The notes under the pieces: model-generated | Databases searched by the model: none | The model's input: the letters and a program-made list of their open reading frames with translations, nothing else | What the model was told of the DNA's origin: nothing | Translations under genes and position numbers: made by a program | Shown here: positions 57,877-64,000 of the stretch, one piece after another | Numbering within the stretch: position 1 is the first letter of the stretch | Layout of the letters: every line of letters begins with the position of its first letter | Assembly: GCA_043756605.1 (NCBI GenBank) | Contig: JAYURR010000174.1 | Location: 4,641 to 68,640, forward strand | Length of the DNA stretch: 64,000 bases | Reading direction: 5' to 3' | Source of the DNA: Chitinophagaceae bacterium | Lineage (GTDB): Bacteria > Bacteroidota > Bacteroidia > Chitinophagales > Chitinophagaceae

Positions 57877-58079
57877 GATAAGAATACTGGGTTAGTTCTT
57901 CAGGTTTCGTAAACACGATTATTGAAAAGTGAAGATGTCAGGCGGCAAATTTACGCTTTTAAAGACAGAATGTACCGATTACATTATAATTGACTTAATG
58001 AGGATAGATAAGTTGCTGCCATACTGTCACGGTTTGCCTGCATTTAACTATCTTTGCCACCTAAAAAAAATGCAGGTTA

Positions 58080-59588
58080 ATGTTGAATGTAGCTACCAAT
58101 AAAAAACATGATGAAGCAAGGCAGGGAGAAGCATTTGCCCTGTTTGCCAACGATACAAACCCATACAAAAAATACTTTTACATTGAAAGTTATGGCTGCG
58201 CCATGAATTTTGCCGATAGCGAAGTGGTGGCTTCTATATTAATGGATAATGGTTTTGGTGCCACCAATAATTTTAAAGAAGCCGATCTTATTTTTATAAA
58301 CACCTGTTCTATCCGTGAAAAGGCAGAAACCACTGTACGCAAACGTTTAACAGAATTTCGCCAGATAAAAAAACAAAAACCAGGCATGCTGGTGGGTGTG
58401 CTGGGCTGTATGGCCGAGCGATTGAAAGCACAGTTTTTAGAAGAAGAAAAATTAGTTGATTTAGTAATTGGCCCCGATGCATACCGCAGTTTACCTGCAC
58501 TAATTGAAGAAGCAGAAACCGGCCAGAAAGCAGTAAATGTTTTATTAAGCCGTGATGAAACCTATGCAGATATTGCACCCATTCGCCTTAACAGCAATGG
58601 TGTAAATGCGTTTGTAAGCATCATGCGTGGCTGCAATAATATGTGTTCGTTTTGTGTGGTGCCATTTACCCGTGGCCGGGAACGAAGCCGTGATGCCGCA
58701 TCTATCATCAACGAATGTAAAACCTTATTTGAGCAGGGATACAGAGAAGTAACTTTGCTGGGGCAGAATGTGGATAGTTACCATTACACAGCCCCCCCGG
58801 CCATCCAAGGGGGGAGTTTGGAACACCCTGCAAATTCAAATAGCACTGTAAATTCGCAGGGTGCTTTTTCTCCCCCCTTGGGGGGCGGGGGGGCTGCTGT
58901 TACTTTTGCCATACTTTTAGAGCAGGTCGCACTAATCTCTCCCCTCCTCCGTGTACGCTTCTCCACTTCGCATCCAAAAGATATTACCGATGATGTGTTG
59001 CACACAATTGTGAAATACGAAAACATCTGCAATTATATTCACCTGCCGGTACAAAGTGGCAGCACACGTGTGTTGCAAATGATGAACCGCACCTACAGCC
59101 GTGAGTGGTACATTGCCAAAGTAAACCGCATACGGGAGTTGATACCGCATTGTGGCATTTCAACTGATATGATAACCGGTTTTTGTACCGAAACAGAGGA
59201 AGATCACCAGCAATCTTTAAGCCTGATGGAATACTGCAAGTACGATCTGGCTTATATGTACTTTTACAGCGAACGGCCGGGAACCCTTGCTGCCCGTAGG
59301 TTTAAAGATGATGTACCGCTTGATGTTAAAAAACGCAGACTACAGGAAATGGTTGACCTCTATCGTGGCCACTCATTACTTGCCATGCAAAAGGAAGTGG
59401 GCAAAACCCGTAAAGTATTAATTGAAGGTCCATCTAAAAAAAGTGAAAACGATTTGTATGGCAGAACCGATCAGAATAAAGTAGTGGTATTTGAAAAAGG
59501 AAATTTAAAGGTGGGGGAATATGTAGAAGTACAAATTACATCTTGCACAGCAGGAACATTGATAGGCAAAACCCCCTCCGCCCCCTGA
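58080..59588 (+). CDS. miaB: tRNA-2-methylthio-N6-dimethylallyladenosine synthase carrying an internal insertion
   Basis: [29 protein letters not shown] radical-SAM motif, C-terminal TRAM domain. Confidence 0.97.
   Translation: MLNVATNKKHDEARQGEAFALFANDTNPYKKYFYIESYGCAMNFADSEVVASILMDNGFGATNNFKEADLIFINTCSIREKAETTVRKRLTEFRQIKKQKPGMLVGVLGCMAERLKAQFLEEEKLVDLVIGPDAYRSLPALIEEAETGQKAVNVLLSRDETYADIAPIRLNSNGVNAFVSIMRGCNNMCSFCVVPFTRGRERSRDAASIINECKTLFEQGYREVTLLGQNVDSYHYTAPPAIQGGSLEHPANSNSTVNSQGAFSPPLGGGGAAVTFAILLEQVALISPLLRVRFSTSHPKDITDDVLHTIVKYENICNYIHLPVQSGSTRVLQMMNRTYSREWYIAKVNRIRELIPHCGISTDMITGFCTETEEDHQQSLSLMEYCKYDLAYMYFYSERPGTLAARRFKDDVPLDVKKRRLQEMVDLYRGHSLLAMQKEVGKTRKVLIEGPSKKSENDLYGRTDQNKVVVFEKGNLKVGEYVEVQITSCTAGTLIGKTPSAP
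58789..58896. repeat. 108-bp palindromic element in frame inside miaB
   Basis: cagcccccccggccatccaaggggggag ... ctccccccttggggggcgggggggctg, with an inner caccctgc/gcagggtg pair. Confidence 0.88.
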
Positions 59589-60058
59589 AGGGGGAACTTT
59601 GTACTCTGCTGATGCAAAGATTTTTTATTTTGTTTCGAAAGTCGGAATGAATATGAAAGAAAATATGTTTTACGGAGCCGGGCATTTGATTTTTGAAAAG
59701 GCGAAGAAGTTGAGAAACAATGTTACGCCAACTGAAATGATTTTATGGGGAAGATTGAAAGAATATTTTCCCAATGTAAAATTCAGAAGGCAACATCCAA
59801 TTTCATTTTATATTGTTGACATATATTGTCATTCTAAAAAACTGGTTATTGAAATTGATGGAAGCATACATGATTTGGAAGAAATAAAAATAAAAGATGT
59901 ATTAAGACAAAAAGAACTGGAGGCACTGGGATTAAAAATCATCAGGTTTACCACAAAAGAAATTACAAACGAATTGGAAGCAGTTTTACAAACAATTGAA
60001 AAACACTTAAAATAATCATACTCCAAAGTTCCCCCTTCAGGGGGCGGAGGGGGTTTTG
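59567..60058. mobile_element. 492-bp element with perfect 35-bp terminal inverted repeats enclosing a DUF559 nuclease gene
   Basis: caaaaccccctccgccccctgaagggggaactttg (59567-59601) is the exact reverse complement of 60024-60058. Mobility is inferred. Confidence 0.78.
59653..60015 (+). CDS. DUF559 / Vsr-like endonuclease domain protein
   Basis: AKKLRNNVTPTEMILW, KFRRQHPI, VDIYC, LVIEIDGSIH, IRF. Confidence 0.92.
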   Translation: MKENMFYGAGHLIFEKAKKLRNNVTPTEMILWGRLKEYFPNVKFRRQHPISFYIVDIYCHSKKLVIEIDGSIHDLEEIKIKDVLRQKELEALGLKIIRFTTKEITNELEAVLQTIEKHLK

Positions 60059-60060
60059 TT

Positions 60061-61284
60061 ATGGAACTACAAACAATAAAAAACCGTTTCGGCATTATCG
60101 GCAATTCATCGGGCCTTAACCATGCATTAAATATTGCCGTGCAGGTTGCAAATACCGATCTCAGCGTACTTATCAATGGCGAGAGTGGCGTGGGTAAAGA
60201 AGTTTTCTCACAAATCATTCATGCATTAAGTGCACGTAAACACAATCCATTTATTGCGGTAAACTGCGGTGCCATTCCCGAAGGCACTATTGATTCGGAA
60301 TTATTTGGCCACGAGAAAGGATCTTTTACCGGTGCAGTTGACAGTCGTAAAGGTTATTTTGAAACCGTTAACGGCGGTACTATTTTTTTAGATGAAATTG
60401 GAGAATTACCACTGGGTACACAGGCACGTTTGTTACGGGTGCTGGAAGCCGGCGAATACATACGTGTGGGCAGCAGCAAAGTGCAAAAAACAGATGTACG
60501 TGTTATTGCCGCTACCAACAAAGAGCTGATTGAATATACCCAGACAAATCGTTTTAGAGAAGACTTATATTACCGCTTAAACACAGTGCCCATAAGGGTT
60601 CCGGCATTGCGAGACAGAAAAGAAGATATTTATTTATTGTTCCGCAAGTTTGTAACCGATTTTTCTGATCGTTACAAAGGCAACCCGGTACAATTAGATG
60701 ATGGCGCAAAAGCTGTGTTAATTAACTATCCGTGGCCCGGTAATGTAAGGGAATTGAAGAATATTGCAGAGCAGATATCGGTACTTAGCCAGGATAAAAT
60801 GATCAACACAAATACCATGCAGCGTTTTTTACCCGATCATAATTATTCACGCTTGCCGGTACTGGCTGGCGGCGCAGGCTCGGTAAGCCAGAGCGAATTT
60901 GCAAACGAAAGGGACATTTTGTACAAGCTTTTTTTCGACATGAAAAAAGATGTAAACGAACTTAAGAAAATGTTTTTTGATCTTTTACAAAACCCCAACA
61001 TTGCACAGCATGCTCCTGTTTATAACAATCAGGCATTTGCAGAGCTAAATAACAATGCCCCGGCAAATAATTCATCGGCACCCGTTTTTTTACCGCATAA
61101 TAATGATACGATTGATCACCACGAAGATGTGGAAGAATCTTTAAGCATAGTTGATAAAGAAAAAGAACTCATCATCAAAGCATTAAAAAAACACAAAGGC
61201 AAACGTAAAGATGCATCGCTTGATTTAGGGATTAGTGAGCGTACTTTGTACCGTAAATTAAAAGAGTATGATATTGAAGAGTAA
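60061..61284 (+). CDS. Sigma-54-interaction AAA+ / Fis-family regulator lacking a receiver domain
   Basis: GESGVGKE, SELFGHEKGSFTGA, FLDEIGE, WPGNVREL, C-terminal LGISERTLYRKL. Confidence 0.92.
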   Translation: MELQTIKNRFGIIGNSSGLNHALNIAVQVANTDLSVLINGESGVGKEVFSQIIHALSARKHNPFIAVNCGAIPEGTIDSELFGHEKGSFTGAVDSRKGYFETVNGGTIFLDEIGELPLGTQARLLRVLEAGEYIRVGSSKVQKTDVRVIAATNKELIEYTQTNRFREDLYYRLNTVPIRVPALRDRKEDIYLLFRKFVTDFSDRYKGNPVQLDDGAKAVLINYPWPGNVRELKNIAEQISVLSQDKMINTNTMQRFLPDHNYSRLPVLAGGAGSVSQSEFANERDILYKLFFDMKKDVNELKKMFFDLLQNPNIAQHAPVYNNQAFAELNNNAPANNSSAPVFLPHNNDTIDHHEDVEESLSIVDKEKELIIKALKKHKGKRKDASLDLGISERTLYRKLKEYDIEE

Positions 61285-61287
61285 AGT

Positions 61288-61378
61288 AATTGGCAATGGG
61301 CAATGGGCAATGGGTAATGGGCAACAGCCAATGGGCAAAAATATACTGCTCATTGCTTGTTGCATATTGCTTATTGCC
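61288..61378. repeat. GGCAATG-heptamer inverted-repeat element overlapping the lptE-like 5' end
   Basis: aattggcaatgggcaatgggcaatgggtaatgggcaa (61288-61324) ... cattgcttgttgcatattgcttattgcc (61351-61378). Confidence 0.82.
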
Positions 61379-61846
61379 TTATTCAATTTCGCTACCTGCA
61401 AATATGGCTTTAAAGATATTGGTGGTTTACCAACCGAGGTAAAAACCTTTCGTGTAAATTATTTTGAAAATAAAGCCGAATATAAAAATCCGCAATTAAG
61501 CCCGCAGGTTACCGAAAGACTAAAACAAAAAATAATCGGCACTACCAGGCTGCGGCAAACAAACGATGAGGATGCACATTACGATATCAGCGGTTATGTT
61601 TCGGGCTACTACACCAGCACAACAGGCATCAGCGGCAACACTACCAGTCTTAACCGGTTAACGGCCACTTTTCATCTTGTATTTAAAAATACACTGGATG
61701 AAAAAAAGAATTTTGAAGCAGATGTAACTTACAGTCTTGATTTTGATGCCAACCTGAGCTTGAGCCAGGTTGAGCAGGCCCGGGGCGATGAAATATCAAA
61801 AAATTTAACCGATGCTATTTTTAATAAAATTTTTTCTAACTGGTAA
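61331..61846 (+). CDS. lptE: LptE-like LPS assembly lipoprotein
   Basis: Lipoprotein signal ending FAT-C; YFENKA, ISGYV, RLT...DAIFNKIFSNW; position between the sigma-54 regulator and secG. Confidence 0.72.
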   Translation: MGKNILLIACCILLIALFNFATCKYGFKDIGGLPTEVKTFRVNYFENKAEYKNPQLSPQVTERLKQKIIGTTRLRQTNDEDAHYDISGYVSGYYTSTTGISGNTTSLNRLTATFHLVFKNTLDEKKNFEADVTYSLDFDANLSLSQVEQARGDEISKNLTDAIFNKIFSNW

Positions 61847-61860
61847 TTATAGATTTGCAC

Positions 61861-62709
61861 ATGCAGCATAACCAACAGATTTTTGAATCAATCTTTTCCA
61901 GAGATTTTTCTGATACCGGAAACACCGCTTTTCTGAAAACACTTGCAGAGCAGCATCCGTATTTTTCGCCGGCCCAGTTTTTTTTGCTGGAAAAATTGCA
62001 GGGTGATAATGCTGCTTTTGAAAAGCAGGCGGTAAAAACGAATCTCTTTTTTAATAATCCGCACTGGCTAAATTTTCAGATTAATGAAACCGGCGTAATG
62101 GAAGTTGTTAGTGAAGAAGTTTTTGTTGAGACTGCAGCTCCCATTGCCAATGTTGAAAGCAATGATGAAACAACCACCGAAGTTACTGATGTAAAAAATA
62201 TTGAAGTTGAAACGGTTGAAGTAGATGATGCACCGGACAATACCGATATGCCCAACCCCAATACGCACCAGCAGCAAAAAGAGATTGAACCCATGCACAT
62301 TGAATTAAAAATGCCCCTCCAAAATGCGGCATTGCAAAATGCCATGCTTTTTGAGCCCATGCACCTGGTTGATTACTTTGCATCGCAGGGAATAAAATTA
62401 TCAGAAGATGTACAAACGGCCGACAAACTGGGCAAACAACTTAAAAGTTTTACGGAGTGGCTCAAGACCATGAAGAAGGTACATGTGGAAAATGAGGCTG
62501 ATATTTCAACAAAAAATGATACAAATGTGCAGCAACTGGCCGAAAACAGCAATGCCGAAGCCGAGGTTTTAACAGAATCGATGGCCGAGGTATTTGCCAG
62601 GCAGGGTAAAATTGCCAAAGCAGGCGAAGTGTATCAAAAATTAAGTTTGCTCAATCCTGCCAAAAGCACTTACTTTGCAGCCAAATTACAAAACTTAAAA
62701 GGATTATAA
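61861..62709 (+). CDS. Conserved Bacteroidota hypothetical protein with acidic linker and TPR-like C-terminus
   Basis: HPYFSPAQ; LTESMAEVFARQGKIAKAGEVYQKLSLLNPAKSTYFA. Confidence 0.75.
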   Translation: MQHNQQIFESIFSRDFSDTGNTAFLKTLAEQHPYFSPAQFFLLEKLQGDNAAFEKQAVKTNLFFNNPHWLNFQINETGVMEVVSEEVFVETAAPIANVESNDETTTEVTDVKNIEVETVEVDDAPDNTDMPNPNTHQQQKEIEPMHIELKMPLQNAALQNAMLFEPMHLVDYFASQGIKLSEDVQTADKLGKQLKSFTEWLKTMKKVHVENEADISTKNDTNVQQLAENSNAEAEVLTESMAEVFARQGKIAKAGEVYQKLSLLNPAKSTYFAAKLQNLKGL

Positions 62710-62710
62710 C

Positions 62711-63061
62711 ATGTTGATTTTATTTGGAATTTTAGTGATTATTGCCTCTATAATACTCGGATTAATCGTATTGATTCAGAACCCAAAGGGCGGTGGTTTA
62801 TCAAGCAGTTTTGGTGGTTTTGGCAACCAGATAATGGGTGTCAAACAAACAACCGATGTACTTGAAAAAGGTACCTGGCTTTTTGCAGCAATCGTAGCCA
62901 TTCTTTGCATAATTTCTCCGGCATTTATTCCTAAAAAAGGGGCTGCTGTTGAGAAAAACAAAGAAATGATGAAGGATGTAAATTCAAAAATGCCTGCAAA
63001 CACTACGCCTCCAAACACTGCAACTCCCGCAGGTATAGATACCGGCGCAGCTAAAAAATAA
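62711..63061 (+). CDS. secG: Preprotein translocase subunit SecG
   Basis: VLIQNPKGGGLSSSFGG, LEKGTW. Confidence 0.94.
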   Translation: MLILFGILVIIASIILGLIVLIQNPKGGGLSSSFGGFGNQIMGVKQTTDVLEKGTWLFAAIVAILCIISPAFIPKKGAAVEKNKEMMKDVNSKMPANTTPPNTATPAGIDTGAAKK

Positions 63062-63080
63062 TAGCTTATGAAATAATATT

Positions 63081-63110
63081 AAACCCCGTCGTTTATCGTC
63101 GGGGTTTTTT
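63081..63110 (+). terminator. Intrinsic terminator after secG
   Basis: aaaccccg...cggggtttttt. Confidence 0.75.
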
Positions 63111-63262
63111 AATGCAGGATAAAATTGCACATTACTTCAATAACTATTTTAGGCAGCTAACAAGGATTTGTTCAATGATTTTGCAGTAGCAATTTGTACT
63201 TGTCGATTGCATACATTTGTGAAAATATAAACCCATACTCCGGTAGATTTAATTTGCCCAAC

Positions 63263-64000
63263 ATGAAAAAGAAAATTATATACGGAATAGTGTTGATTGC
63301 TTTGCTGATAGGCGGATATGCTGCCTGGCAAATTTTCGGGCCCACAGTTTCTGCCCCCGAAAAAAAATATTTTTACATTAAAACAGGTACTACTTACTCT
63401 GATGTAAGGCAATCGCTTATTGATGAAAAAATCATCCGCAACACTACTTTCTTCGATCTTGTTTCAAAACAATTAAAATACCCCAGGCTGGTAAAAGCCG
63501 GGCGGTACCAGGTAAAAAACGGCAGCAGTATATATAGTTTACTGCGTATGCTGCGTTCGGGCAATCAAACACCAGTAAACCTGGTCATTAATAAATTAAG
63601 ATTACCCGAAGATCTGGCGCAAAAAATTGCTGGCAATTTTGAATGTGATTCTGCAAGCGTAATGGAAGTTTTAAACGATGCGGAAACCTTAAAGAAATAC
63701 AATGTAAACAGCAATACGCTGATGACGATTGTGGTGCCAAACACGTATAGCCTGATGTGGAACACCGCACCAAAAAAAATCATTGATAAACTCTATACCG
63801 AAAAAGAAAAATTCTGGAATACAGAAAGGCTGGCAAAGGCAAAAGCCATTAACCTTACACCCACGCAGGTTTACAGCTTGGCCAGCATTGTAGAAGAAGA
63901 AACAAATAAAGAAGCAGATAAAGGTTTTATTGCCAGCACCTATCTTAATCGTATAAAAACAGGCATGAGGTTGCAGGCCGACCCAACCGTAAAATTTGCG
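63263..64000 (+). CDS. mltG: Endolytic transglycosylase MltG, truncated by the window edge
   Basis: Manual translation from ATG 63263: N-terminal TM, AGRY, LASIVEEET, YLNRIKTGMRLQADPTVKFA. Confidence 0.93.
   Translation, partial: MKKKIIYGIVLIALLIGGYAAWQIFGPTVSAPEKKYFYIKTGTTYSDVRQSLIDEKIIRNTTFFDLVSKQLKYPRLVKAGRYQVKNGSSIYSLLRMLRSGNQTPVNLVINKLRLPEDLAQKIAGNFECDSASVMEVLNDAETLKKYNVNSNTLMTIVVPNTYSLMWNTAPKKIIDKLYTEKEKFWNTERLAKAKAINLTPTQVYSLASIVEEETNKEADKGFIASTYLNRIKTGMRLQADPTVKFA

Noticed and set aside
60301-60345. GSFTGA instead of GAFTGA in the sigma-54 activator
   Set aside because: A common tolerated variant; this receiver-less regulator is a usual neighbour of miaB and lptE in Bacteroidota.
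507-63783. Numerous 60-190 aa ORFs overlapping assigned genes (e.g. 680-1042, 22927-23508, 28227-28742, 47826-48317, 53184-53483, 59829-60218)
   Set aside because: Antisense or alternate-frame shadows of well-supported CDSs with no recognisable motifs.

Overview
Bacteroidota chromosomal DNA, most like Chitinophagaceae (inferred from T9SS sorting domains, PorP/SprF, TAnnTTTG promoters and gene order). No rRNA, tRNA, CRISPR array, integrase or transposase was recognised. Housekeeping genes include rlmH, tilS, etfB/etfA, ispE, rocD, miaB, an lptE-like gene, secG and mltG. Accessory blocks: (1) 1-5834, a tail-collar gene next to an HExxH protein, a degenerate 5'-nucleotidase, an Asp/Asn beta-hydroxylase, a DUF2061-APS kinase fusion, a 133-aa nucleotidyltransferase, a sulfotransferase-like protein and a 2OG-Fe dioxygenase, which together look like a self-contained hydroxylation/sulfation system; (2) a ~3600-aa T9SS surface protein with 16 tandem 89-aa repeats; (3) an AT-rich type-B CTD/PorP/XRE module; (4) a type III PKS cluster with its own FAS-II genes; (5) an atypical kinase-like domain fused to an Omp85-type barrel. 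The most striking sequence-level pattern is a set of short palindromic elements (heptamer arms, nonamer arms, C/G hairpin arms) sitting at stop/start junctions. They occur loaded with a small gene (four-helix bundle; DUF559 nuclease between perfect 35-bp inverted repeats), empty, as solo arms, and as in-frame insertions in tilS, miaB and the signal peptide of the lptE-like gene. Family names come from motif recognition by eye; no database search was run.
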